A stretch of 64,000 nt of DNA, taken from positions 1-64,000 of the forward strand of contig JAYZDF010000004.1 of assembly GCA_036337945.1 (NCBI GenBank). Direction: 5' to 3'. The stretch is from Myxococcota bacterium (GTDB lineage Bacteria > Myxococcota > Kuafuiibacteriia > Kuafuiibacteriales > Kuafuiibacteriaceae). Positions within the stretch are counted from its first letter, which is position 1. Each line of letters starts with the position of its first letter. The position numbers and the translations under genes were made by a program. Under the pieces are notes generated by a model, which did not search any database, was not told the DNA's origin, and worked only from the letters and a program-made list of their open reading frames with translations. Of this stretch, positions 39,179 to 48,237 are shown piece by piece.

Positions 39179-40338
39179 TACCTACATCGTTATATTTTTT
39201 GGCCGCAATCTGCTCATCTCAGCTCCCACCGGTTACGAACGAAGAGTTGTTGTTTCGTGAAAAAACGAAAGATGCGACGACGAAAAGGTTAGCAGAGGAC
39301 CGCGTTAGACTTCGATACCTTCGCCGAGAAGAAGTATCGCTCTTGGAGGGAATAAAGGCGATTGATAGTCAACTTCTTAGTAATCGCAAAAAAATGAGAG
39401 GTTTGACGAAACGTAAGGACGATCTAGAAATAGAGCTCAAAACAGCTAAGGTAGCTCTCGAAGAGCAGGAAACTGTCGTTGATAGTCTTCGAGAAGAAAT
39501 TCGTAAGAGGGCCTCCTCTGTCCATAGATTACGTCGAAAGCCGGTGATGGATATGATCTTAGAAGGCACTGATCAGGTAGCTGAGCGAGCACGCACAAGA
39601 AGGCGCTTAGCGGATTACATGTCCATGGTTTTTGCTTATGACATGAAGCTTATTTCTGAACTGCATAAACGACTAACGAGCACGAAGCGATTGCATGTCG
39701 CACTTCTCATGCAAAACGAGGCTTTACAGCTCCATCAGAAGAACGTGCAACAGGCGGTCCAAGACGGAGCGGCATTACAATTGGAGCGTTCTGCTCTTCT
39801 ACTTGGAATCAAGAAGGAAAGGAAACTTGTCGAACGCCTTCGGAAAGAAATAAAGCAAGCTGCGAAACAATCAGAACAATTGAGAAAAGTAATTCGCGGC
39901 GTGATTCCGGCTCCACCCAAATTGAAAGGTGGTTTTGGCGCCCAAAGAGGCAGGCTTCCCTGGCCGGTGGTCGGTCGTGTTGAGGTTTCATTTGGCAAGC
40001 AAGTGGATCCAGATTCTGGACTTATTATTTTGCATCAGGGTCTAGATATACGCACGCCTTACGGTGTGGCGGTTTCTCCCGTCGCAGAAGGAAGGATAGA
40101 GTATGCAGGTAAACTTGATGGACTCGGTAGCGTTGTTGTCATTTCTCATGAGGGTCGATGGCATACTGTTTACGGTCATCTCGCAAATATTCAAGTCCGA
40201 GAAGGTCAGTTCGTAAGGACAAAGTCCATCTTAGGGACCGTTTCTGATAGGGATTCGAATAAAGGAGCATTTCTTTATTTTGAAATTCGAGATAAACAAC
40301 AAGCGGTGAATCCCATAAAATGGATGAGTCCCGGGTGA
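39175..40338 (+). CDS. EnvC-like coiled-coil M23 peptidase-domain protein (murein hydrolase activator)
   Basis: Long coiled coil then LytM/M23 domain; 4-nt overlap with ftsX. Confidence 0.8.
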   Translation: MIPTSLYFLAAICSSQLPPVTNEELLFREKTKDATTKRLAEDRVRLRYLRREEVSLLEGIKAIDSQLLSNRKKMRGLTKRKDDLEIELKTAKVALEEQETVVDSLREEIRKRASSVHRLRRKPVMDMILEGTDQVAERARTRRRLADYMSMVFAYDMKLISELHKRLTSTKRLHVALLMQNEALQLHQKNVQQAVQDGAALQLERSALLLGIKKERKLVERLRKEIKQAAKQSEQLRKVIRGVIPAPPKLKGGFGAQRGRLPWPVVGRVEVSFGKQVDPDSGLIILHQGLDIRTPYGVAVSPVAEGRIEYAGKLDGLGSVVVISHEGRWHTVYGHLANIQVREGQFVRTKSILGTVSDRDSNKGAFLYFEIRDKQQAVNPIKWMSPG

Positions 40339-41492
40339 AGATGCTGCAGACAATCTCTGTACCAGTTGTAGTTCTCTGTCTATTGAGCGCAGCTACTGCG
40401 ACCCATGCGAAAGAACCGAAAGCTTCGAAACGTATTAACAAGCGTTCAGACACTCGCAAAATCTTCGAACATCTCGAGATCTTGTCTCAGGTTATCCATT
40501 TCGTGGACACCAATTATTTGCATGAACTCAAGAGTAAGGAATTGATTGATTCTGCCATACGGGGGATCGCAGCAAGCCTCGACAAATACAGTCGGTACTA
40601 TTCTGCAGAAGAGTTTGAGGAGCAACTGCGAGTTGATACTGAAAAATTTAGTCTGGGTATCAATTGGAAAACTTCGAAGGGGCGTTACAAAGTTGTTGGG
40701 ACTCGTTCTGGTTCCGTGGCTGCGCGCGCTGGAATCAAAGCGGGGGACGAAATTTTAGGGGTGAATGGGTTGCATCCACGTGTTCTTGAGAACGCATCTC
40801 TAGAGAAACTTCTCAAGGGTCGAGAGGGGAAATGGATTTCTCTTCAGCTCATGGACGAATCCGGGAAGGAAAGATCGATTCGAGTCCCACCACCTGAAGC
40901 TGAGCAGATCTTTGCCCACCAAACAAAAGAGAAGATTGTGGTCATTCGGATCGGCAAGTTTTTCATGAATGCGTCACAAGTCGTGCAGCAGACTCTGTCG
41001 AAGTACTCGGCCAAGCCTCGCGGCTACGTGATTGATATAAGGGGAAATACCGGAGGTGTGGTGGAGGAGGCGGTCAGAATTGCTGACCTTTGGTTGAGCG
41101 AAGGTGTCATCGCGTCCATGAAAGATAGAGCAGGTAAGACCACGGTTTATCGCGCCAAGCGGGGCAATACTTTGCCTGACGTCCCAATTGTTGTCATGGT
41201 GGATGGACAAACAGCCTCGGCTGCCGAAGTACTCGCGGCGGGGCTCATCAAGAATAACCGCGCTAGATCGGTCGGTACGCAGACCTTCGGTAAAGGAACC
41301 GTCCAGACGCTCATGCGACTTGCTGATGGCTCCGCATTACGTCTCACTGTTGCTCGGCTTTTTGATCCAAAGGGGCATTCACTTGAAGGTCTAGGGATAA
41401 GGCCGGACATTGAGGTTTTACCAGGTCGGTTAGCTGACGGTAGAGACCGTCAGTATGCCCGAGGGCTTGACGCTTTACTTTACCCGAGATGA
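40320..41492 (+). CDS. ctpA: carboxyl-terminal processing protease (S41)
   Basis: PDZ domain and S41 motifs IDIRGNTGG, TASAAEVLAAGL. Confidence 0.9.
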   Translation: MDESRVKMLQTISVPVVVLCLLSAATATHAKEPKASKRINKRSDTRKIFEHLEILSQVIHFVDTNYLHELKSKELIDSAIRGIAASLDKYSRYYSAEEFEEQLRVDTEKFSLGINWKTSKGRYKVVGTRSGSVAARAGIKAGDEILGVNGLHPRVLENASLEKLLKGREGKWISLQLMDESGKERSIRVPPPEAEQIFAHQTKEKIVVIRIGKFFMNASQVVQQTLSKYSAKPRGYVIDIRGNTGGVVEEAVRIADLWLSEGVIASMKDRAGKTTVYRAKRGNTLPDVPIVVMVDGQTASAAEVLAAGLIKNNRARSVGTQTFGKGTVQTLMRLADGSALRLTVARLFDPKGHSLEGLGIRPDIEVLPGRLADGRDRQYARGLDALLYPR

Positions 41493-41529
41493 CAACGCGT
41501 GGTACTACTTTCTTGGGTTAATCCTGATT

Positions 41530-43719
41530 ATGGCCAAGAGTTATAGTCTAATTATTGAAGATGATGACGGCGAGACAACGCTTGTCCCCTTTGAAGCGAT
41601 CGACATTACTGTTGGTCGTTGGGATGGCAATGCGATTCGTCTTCTCGATCGGAACGTTTCTCGACGACATGCGCGGTTTTCCCGCGTAAATGGATCCGTA
41701 TTTCTTGAAGATCTCAATTCTTTCAATGGCGTCAAACTTAATGGCGAACGAATTGATACCCGAACCGAAATCAACGAGGGAGACTTAGTTGAAATTGGCG
41801 ATTATCACCTTGCCTTGCAACTTGCGAAAGCAAATAAAGCGAGTGAAACGGTTGCCGATGAGCGGATTCCTACAGTCATGGCCAATGCGCCAGCAGCTTC
41901 GCCTTCTGCTCCGCTCAGTCACCTCGAGACTGTAACTCAAGCAAATTCGCCACAGAGTCATTCCACTACGGATGACTCAGGTAATCATCCATTCGTTAGT
42001 CCTCCCCCTACCAAAGAACGGCAGTCCAATCCGGTATTGCCTCCCTTCCCAGCGGCGGGAGGCCTTTCTGCACCCGAAAATCCGTTCTTTGATCCGCAGT
42101 CTTCGAACATGCTTGCGGATGAACATGCATCGCGGACTGAGCAAATTTCAGTCGGCCCTTCTGCGATTGCAAACATACCTCGTATTATTTGTGTGAGCAC
42201 CGAATACGCAGGCACTGCATTTTCACTTCAAAACGCCGAAGTCATCATAGGGCGTGTTGAAGATAACGATATCGTGATTGAGCATCGCTCTGTCTCTCGT
42301 AATCATGCGAAGATACTCTTCGATGGACAAGTTCACAAAATCATTGATTTGGATAGTGCAAACGGCATTCTGGTCAATGGTGAAGAGTATGCAATAACCG
42401 ATCTACGTCACGGTGACTTGATCGAACTTGGTCACGTCAACTTCAGATTTGTGATGTCGAATGAACCATTCGTTCCAGCGGAGGAAGAGGTCAAGGCGAT
42501 GATCGATGCGGGCGTCTCACCTCCTGAGAATCCCGTCGAAAGTGCACCGGCAACGATACCTGAATCCGAATCTGAAGGAGAAGCGATCGCCTCGACGCTT
42601 CCCCCAAATCGGGAAATGCAAAGAATCCCTGAGCCTGCACCAGCCCAAGACCTTAGTGATGCCAAGACGGTCACGGATACGCCTCTTGATGCCCTAGCTG
42701 TCTCCGAAATGTTTGAGCCCAACGTGAGCACTAGGAAATCAGAAAAGTTTGATTCGGAGAGAGCCTCTATTCATCAGTCTAAAACCGAGACCGATGTCGG
42801 AAGTCCTCCCAGTTCTCTCACTCAATCGAAGGACCCTTGGGGCACAGAAACGAAACCGGCGCTTGAAAAACCAACGACAAGCTCTGCCGCTGGTCCGAAA
42901 GAGGCGCTTTCTAGTCGAAACGTGCCAACGATGCCATCTCAACCGCAGTATCAATGGGACCAAGACGACGATTATTATCCTCAAAAGTCTATGACGGGGA
43001 GGGTCGTCACTGGTCTTGTCGTCGTCGCTTTGATTGGACTTCTATTCTCTTTCTTCGGCTCATCGTCGGTAGACCATGATGCAGCACTAGCTAAACTATT
43101 TGAAGAGCAGAAATATGCTCAGGTTTACAGTTATTATTTAGAGAACTCGTCTTCTTTTAAGTATAAAGAAAAAGCGTTTAAACTCTCTGCGGAAGCAAGC
43201 CAAAAAGTTAAGGAGAAGTCGACCCCTAAGTCTTCCCCAGAGCCTAAAGAAGAGAAATCGCTGGAACCGGAAAAAACCTCCGTGGAGGCTTCGCCCGAAG
43301 TTGTTGAAAAAACGGTTGAACCCGAAACAGCGGCTGCGGAACCTGTTGTCGAGGACGAAGCGAAAGCGACGAAGACAGCAAAAAAGAAGACCAAGAAAGC
43401 AAACCGACGAAAGCAAAGACAGGCCCGAAAGAAAAAGCGAACGGAAACAACTCGCTCTGAGCGACAAAAAGCGGAAATGTATTACCGAAGGGGAAATGAG
43501 CTCCTCGCATTTGATCGCAAGAATGCTGAGCACTGGTTAGTTTTATGCATTAAAACGGCACCGAAGTTTGCTGATTGTCATCGCTCTTTGGGTATCCTCT
43601 TTGCAGAAGTAAATCCCGACAAAGCGATTTACCACTATCGTAAGTACGTTCAGCTTAAACCGAGCGCGGATGATGCTGCAACTGTTAGAGAATTCATTCG
43701 TCAAGCCACCGGAAAGTAG
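41530..43719 (+). CDS. double-FHA-domain protein with Pro-rich linkers, TM segment, Lys-rich region and C-terminal TPR
   Basis: Two FHA cores (ITVGRWDGNAIRLLDRNVSRRHARF...NGVKLNGERI; VIIGRVEDNDIVIEHRSVSRNHAKI...NGILVNGEEY), TM LVVVALIGLLFSFFG, KKKTKKANRRKQRQARKKKR, TPR-like C-terminus. Confidence 0.75.
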   Translation: MAKSYSLIIEDDDGETTLVPFEAIDITVGRWDGNAIRLLDRNVSRRHARFSRVNGSVFLEDLNSFNGVKLNGERIDTRTEINEGDLVEIGDYHLALQLAKANKASETVADERIPTVMANAPAASPSAPLSHLETVTQANSPQSHSTTDDSGNHPFVSPPPTKERQSNPVLPPFPAAGGLSAPENPFFDPQSSNMLADEHASRTEQISVGPSAIANIPRIICVSTEYAGTAFSLQNAEVIIGRVEDNDIVIEHRSVSRNHAKILFDGQVHKIIDLDSANGILVNGEEYAITDLRHGDLIELGHVNFRFVMSNEPFVPAEEEVKAMIDAGVSPPENPVESAPATIPESESEGEAIASTLPPNREMQRIPEPAPAQDLSDAKTVTDTPLDALAVSEMFEPNVSTRKSEKFDSERASIHQSKTETDVGSPPSSLTQSKDPWGTETKPALEKPTTSSAAGPKEALSSRNVPTMPSQPQYQWDQDDDYYPQKSMTGRVVTGLVVVALIGLLFSFFGSSSVDHDAALAKLFEEQKYAQVYSYYLENSSSFKYKEKAFKLSAEASQKVKEKSTPKSSPEPKEEKSLEPEKTSVEASPEVVEKTVEPETAAAEPVVEDEAKATKTAKKKTKKANRRKQRQARKKKRTETTRSERQKAEMYYRRGNELLAFDRKNAEHWLVLCIKTAPKFADCHRSLGILFAEVNPDKAIYHYRKYVQLKPSADDAATVREFIRQATGK

Positions 43720-43732
43720 GAAATAAAAAGAA

Positions 43733-44746
43733 GTGGTACCTCGATTGGGCATTTCGATGGGGGATCCCGTTGGGGTTGGTCCCGAAGTTATTGTAAAAGC
43801 TTTTGCTACCGCTGAAGAGGAAGGCCTAGAATTTAACGGCATCGTGTTTGGTGATGTCGCTGTCATTCAGAAATATGCACGTTCGAATCAAAGCGTCGTT
43901 GAGGTAGCTAGCTTAGATTCCTTTCCTACTAAGACCGCAGGTTGTATTCCTGTATTTCCTATTTCTCAGCTCGTTGATACCGAACCAGGTTGTCCCAATT
44001 CAGCGACGGACCAAGCGCAACTAGATTATATTCAGGCGGTCGTTTCTGCGATCAAGAAGCAGCAGATTGACGCGTTAGTGACAGCGCCTATTCATAAAGA
44101 AGCGATTCGTAGAGCAGGTGCAGTTTGGCCTGGTCACACGGAGATGCTTGCTGACTTAACGTCGAATGAGTCTGTTGGACGTCAAAAGTCGGTCATGATG
44201 TTGGCAGGCCCAACAATCCGAACGGTTCCGGTCACTACCCATATCTCAATTAGTGATTTATCTCGACGTCTTGATCACGACACGTTGGTCTACACAATTG
44301 AAGTAACAGCTCGTGCTCTTCAAAAGTTTTTTGGTCTTTCAGAGCCGCAGATTGCCGTAGCTGGCCTCAATCCTCACGCGGGTGAGGGTGGGCTATTCGG
44401 CCGGGAAGAAATTGAAGTGATCGAACCCGCAATTCGAACTGCCGAGCGTAATCTCGGCTTTAAGATTCACGGTCCGTTACCTGGAGACACGGTATTTTTG
44501 CAGGCATCTAAAGGTCTTTATGATGCGGTTTTGGGTATGTACCATGACCAAGCACTTATACCTGTAAAACTTCTCGACTTTGATCGAGCTGTCAACGTTA
44601 CCCTAGGACTGCCTATTATTCGAACCAGTGTAGATCATGGCACTGCTTACGATATTGCTGGGAAAGATTTAGCTTCGGAAATAAGCATGGTCGAAGCTAT
44701 AAAACTTGCTGATGCGATGGTTAGGTGTGCTCAAACCCATGCGTAA
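43733..44746 (+). CDS. pdxA: 4-hydroxythreonine-4-phosphate dehydrogenase
   Basis: PdxA-family motifs (GDPVGVGPEV, GHTEML, GLNPHAGEGG, TSVDHGTAYDIAGK). Confidence 0.9.
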   Translation: MVPRLGISMGDPVGVGPEVIVKAFATAEEEGLEFNGIVFGDVAVIQKYARSNQSVVEVASLDSFPTKTAGCIPVFPISQLVDTEPGCPNSATDQAQLDYIQAVVSAIKKQQIDALVTAPIHKEAIRRAGAVWPGHTEMLADLTSNESVGRQKSVMMLAGPTIRTVPVTTHISISDLSRRLDHDTLVYTIEVTARALQKFFGLSEPQIAVAGLNPHAGEGGLFGREEIEVIEPAIRTAERNLGFKIHGPLPGDTVFLQASKGLYDAVLGMYHDQALIPVKLLDFDRAVNVTLGLPIIRTSVDHGTAYDIAGKDLASEISMVEAIKLADAMVRCAQTHA

Positions 44747-45608
44747 TTGTCTTGTTGCATTCATGATAATGTGGGCAGTATCCTCTTTTCCCGCTTCCAG
44801 TTTTTCTGCTCCGAGCGTGAAAGAGAAACGTCTTCTCAGAGTTCTAAAGACCGATTCTTCCTATAAGGTTCGATTACAGGCACTTCGAATCCTGGGTAGA
44901 AAGTTAACTTCGAAATCTCGCAATCTTGATTACCTCGTTGATCAGGTCGGTAATGTTATCAAAGAGGATCAGCATTACATGGTTCGTGGGTTGGCTTGCT
45001 TTCTTCTTGGGCAATCTAAATCAGAACAAGCACGAGAAGCGCTAGAATTCGCCTCAAGTGACCAGCACCCTTTCGTTCGCGTTCAGTCAAAATCGGCTCT
45101 TCAAAAACTTACTTTGCGTTCCACACCGAAGGTCATTTCTCCAGCGCTCGAGGTTGCGACCAGCACGGCGTCACGCACTTTAGTTTTCACTGCGGAAACG
45201 ATGCCTGGAACACCAGTATCTTCAAAGATGATCGATTCTCTGGTTCAGCGGATGGAGCAACAGCTGCAGGCTCTGGCTTCGGAACAGTTTACAGTCAAAA
45301 ATGGCTTTAGCAACCGCGAGGTAAAACTTGATGATTCTCGATTACTTTCTGGGTTCAAGTTTCGTGCGAGTATTGCTGAGCGCAGTATCCGAAGAGAAAG
45401 AGGAACCCGAGTCCGCTCGACTGTGACCGTCCGTGTAACGATCACTACGTGGCCGGGCAACCAACTTCGTCATGTCATCAGTGCCACCGCCTCCGGTGTG
45501 ATCAGACGCGCGAAAAAAACCGCTATCCTCAAATTAGAGTCACAAGTGTTGATGAGCGCAATCGATCAGGCCGTCAGCGACGCTATGAAAGAGATTTCAA
45601 CATCGTGA
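44739..45608 (+). CDS. secreted HEAT-repeat protein
   Basis: Signal peptide (MRNCLVAFMIMWAVSSFPASSFSA), HEAT-like repeats (VRLQALRILG, MVRGLACFLLG, PFVRVQSKSAL). Confidence 0.45.
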   Translation: MRNCLVAFMIMWAVSSFPASSFSAPSVKEKRLLRVLKTDSSYKVRLQALRILGRKLTSKSRNLDYLVDQVGNVIKEDQHYMVRGLACFLLGQSKSEQAREALEFASSDQHPFVRVQSKSALQKLTLRSTPKVISPALEVATSTASRTLVFTAETMPGTPVSSKMIDSLVQRMEQQLQALASEQFTVKNGFSNREVKLDDSRLLSGFKFRASIAERSIRRERGTRVRSTVTVRVTITTWPGNQLRHVISATASGVIRRAKKTAILKLESQVLMSAIDQAVSDAMKEISTS

Positions 45609-45626
45609 AAAAGTGAGACCAATAAC

Positions 45627-46241
45627 ATGAATAATCAACACGTGAATCAGCCGTCTAATTTATCCCGCTCGAATAGAAGCGTAAAAAGTTTGTTGCTCGA
45701 TCGTCATTTCCAACTGAAATATACATCAATGATTGTCGGCGTTGCGGCCTTACTTTCATTAGCCCTGGGCGGCTTTCTCGTAAGCAAGGTTAACGAAAAC
45801 TCAAGAATTCTCGGGCTAGAAAACTTAGGTGACGCCGCTTTTGAGGCGCATCTTTTTTCAGCCGACAACGAGTTAGTGATGTCCATAGCAATCAGTCTAG
45901 CTCTTTTTCTGGTTCTCTTAATCGGTCTAAGCATTGTCATGACCCATCGAGTTGTTGGACCGATCTATGTCATTAAGAGACACCTGGATGCTCTTGCAGC
46001 CGGCCGTCTTCCTCAGATTCGAGGTCTCAGGAAAGGTGACGAATTTGTTGATTGTCACCAGTCGTTGGTGAACGCTATCGACCAGCTTCACAACGAATTG
46101 GAACGGGATATCGACGTCTTATCGGCTGCTCTTGATGTTCTGGAGACTCAAGGAGAGGAGCACGAGAGCGGCTTACAGAAGGAGCTCAAATCTCTCGTCA
46201 CTCAAAAAAGAGGGAAACTTTCCACTGATTCAAAGCCTTAG
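45627..46241 (+). CDS. small membrane protein with HAMP-like domain and no output domain
   Basis: Two TM segments; HAMP-like THRVVGPIYVIKRHLDALAAGRL. Confidence 0.4.
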   Translation: MNNQHVNQPSNLSRSNRSVKSLLLDRHFQLKYTSMIVGVAALLSLALGGFLVSKVNENSRILGLENLGDAAFEAHLFSADNELVMSIAISLALFLVLLIGLSIVMTHRVVGPIYVIKRHLDALAAGRLPQIRGLRKGDEFVDCHQSLVNAIDQLHNELERDIDVLSAALDVLETQGEEHESGLQKELKSLVTQKRGKLSTDSKP

Positions 46242-46329
46242 GGATTGACCTAGAATATCTTACAGTAAAGTTTCGAGGTTTAGACCCTTGACGACTATCC
46301 ACGCATTGAGTACTCCGCGGAGTGTTTGG

Positions 46330-46402
46330 GGGCCCATAGCTCAGCGGTTAGAGCTGTCGGCTCATAACCGATAGGTCCCAGGTTCGAATCCTGGTGGGCC
46401 CA
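46330..46402 (+). tRNA. tRNA with CAT anticodon; features favour tRNA-Ile2 (lysidine, k2CAU) over elongator tRNA-Met
   Basis: Cloverleaf: acceptor GGGCCCA/UGGGCCC, D-arm AGCUCAGCGGUUAGAGC, anticodon loop CUCAUAA, T-arm CCAGGUUCGAAUCCUGG; C4:G69 and C5:G68 plus D-loop resemble E. coli ileX; CCA not encoded. Confidence 0.8.
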
Positions 46403-46480
46403 AACAAACAATAAGATTGGATCGTGAATACCGAACGGCAACAAAAGCAGAGCAGAACAGACGCTTCGAGCTTTTTGAAA

Positions 46481-46521
46481 AAGTGCGCATGCCCCCGCCG
46501 GCTGCGCACTTTTTGCTTTTT
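46481..46521 (+). terminator. rho-independent terminator downstream of tRNA
   Basis: Stem GTGCGCA/TGCGCAC (46483-46489 / 46503-46509) with GC-rich loop, then TTTTTGCTTTTT. Confidence 0.6.
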
Positions 46522-46547
46522 AGCCCTCACGAGTCCCTAAGAAGGAA

Positions 46548-47285
46548 TTGATTGTGCGAGAAACCCTGATAACACTACATAAGCTTCAGCAAATTGACCT
46601 GCAGGCTCTGGAGCTTGAAAAAGCCGCACAGAAAATACCTGATCAAATATCAAATTTAGAAGCGGAGCCGGACGCTATTCGTGTTCAGCTCGGCGAACTC
46701 AACAATGAGCTCGAGGGGCTCAGGCTTGAACAGGCTGAAGCCGAAACAGCGATTGGAGACAAATCTGCCGAGACTACAAAATGGAAACGGAGACTCAACG
46801 AGATTCGGACGCCACGCGAGTATCAGGCTCTTTCACGCGAAGTTGAGCAAAACGAGCGATCCGTAAAGAACCTCGAAGAAAGGGTCATGGAACTCATGGT
46901 TGAGATCGAAGAGAAGGAAGGCATTCTTGGGGATAGAACTTCGAACCTTCGAGAGATCGAAGAAAAAATTGCCCAGGACGTTCTTGTTCTAAAGCAGAAA
47001 CAAGCCGAACTTTCTGCAGAAGCTAAAGTCGCGAGTGCTGGACGGACAGAAAGCGTCAACGTTCTTCCTGAAAAATTCATCAAGCTTTATGAAAAAGTCC
47101 GCGCACGTCGTCGAGGCATTGCCGTTGTGAAGATTGATAATGCAGGAACTTGTGACGGGTGCCAGATACAAATTCGTCCGCAGCTTATGCTGGAAGTTCG
47201 CCAGCTCGAAAGCGTTATTCAGTGTCCACAGTGTCAGCGCATACTTGTCCTCGAAGCGCTCGTCACGCCTGACGAAGAAGAATAG
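46548..47285 (+). CDS. coiled-coil protein with C-terminal C4 zinc ribbon (COG1579/DUF164-like)
   Basis: Long coiled coil then CDGCQ...CPQCQ zinc ribbon. Confidence 0.6.
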   Translation: MIVRETLITLHKLQQIDLQALELEKAAQKIPDQISNLEAEPDAIRVQLGELNNELEGLRLEQAEAETAIGDKSAETTKWKRRLNEIRTPREYQALSREVEQNERSVKNLEERVMELMVEIEEKEGILGDRTSNLREIEEKIAQDVLVLKQKQAELSAEAKVASAGRTESVNVLPEKFIKLYEKVRARRRGIAVVKIDNAGTCDGCQIQIRPQLMLEVRQLESVIQCPQCQRILVLEALVTPDEEE

Positions 47286-47388
47286 CATCGACCAATAAAC
47301 CTGGAATTCATTTCTTTCTCCGCTTCTTTTGGAATACAAAAATCCTTATCATCTTCAAACCCGAGCCCAGGTGATATAAAAGCGGTTT

Positions 47389-47745
47389 ATGACTGATAAT
47401 CAAAATCCTCATGATAACTCATATTATGTTCCGGCTGACCTCGGAAAGTTTGGTGAAGTAGGAGATGATGTTCCGGAGCTATTTAAGAAGTTCATGGATT
47501 GGTATTCCGCTTGCTTTGAAGATGGAGCGCTATCGGTCCGCGAAAAATCTCTCATTGCGCTCGCTGTTGCTCACGCCGTTCAATGTCCCTACTGTATCGA
47601 CGCCTATACGAATGAGTCGTTGAAGAACGGTTCAGATATTGATGAGATGACGGAGGCTATACATGTCGCTTCCGCTATCCGAGGTGGAGCTTCTCTCGTA
47701 CATGGGGTACAGATGCGACAAATCGCGAAGAAAATTTCTATGTGA
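47389..47745 (+). CDS. carboxymuconolactone decarboxylase/AhpD-like family protein
   Basis: AhpD-like CxxC motif (AVQCPYCIDAYT). Confidence 0.65.
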   Translation: MTDNQNPHDNSYYVPADLGKFGEVGDDVPELFKKFMDWYSACFEDGALSVREKSLIALAVAHAVQCPYCIDAYTNESLKNGSDIDEMTEAIHVASAIRGGASLVHGVQMRQIAKKISM

Positions 47746-47757
47746 AAAAGTGTTCGT

Positions 47758-48168
47758 GGTCTCACTAGGGCTATAAGCCGAGTCTTGTTCCTTATTCTTC
47801 TTACGTTGAATAGGGCAACGACCATTCATCTAGGCATCGTGTTACCACGATGCTCAAGCAGCCAGACCCAGACTCCGCAAGCGAGCAGCCTGCCCCAAAA
47901 GGGGAGAGTCTCTATTCGGCCTTGCTCCAGCTGGGGTTTACCGTGCCGCTCGTGTCACCACAAGCGCGGTGCGCTCTTACCGCACCGGTTCGCCCTTACT
48001 CCGTCCCCGAGAGATTCGGCTGAGAAGCGGTCTATTTTCTGTGGCACTTTCCTGCAAGTTTCCTCGACTGGCCATTAACCAGCAGCATTGCTCTATGGAG
48101 CTCGGACTTTCCTCCCGCGCAGATTGATTGCTCAATCTACGCCGGCGGTCGTTCACTCTAGAGAGGCC
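47758..48168 (-). ncRNA. rnpB: RNase P RNA, bacterial type A
   Basis: Minus-strand conserved blocks: GGGAGGAAAGUCCGAGCUCCAUAG (P4), AGGAAAGUGCCACAGAAA, GGUGCGGUAAGAGCGCACC, CACGGUAAAC, GGAGCAAGGCCGAAUAG, GGCUGCUUGAGC, CUAGAUGAAUG, P4' ACAAGACUCGGCUUAU; P3 hairpin AGAUUGA-GCAA-UCAAUCU; P1 pairing of ends. Confidence 0.9.
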
Positions 48169-48237
48169 ACGAACACGTGCCAGCCTATTCTCATCAACAT
48201 GGTTTCGTCGACCTAATTCTTAGTCGATTTATACGAT

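Noticed and set aside
41455-41529. Upstream extension of the FHA gene (MPEGLTLYFTR...)
   Set aside because: Overlaps ctpA 3' end by 38 nt; FHA proteins of this type typically begin just before the first FHA core, so ATG 41530 is preferred
43134-43540. Several Lys/Arg/Phe-rich ORFs on both strands
   Set aside because: Alternative frames of the low-complexity Lys/Glu-rich segment of the double-FHA gene
47785-48078. 97-aa plus-strand ORF
   Set aside because: Lies entirely inside the rnpB gene on the opposite strand; conserved RNase P RNA blocks explain the sequence
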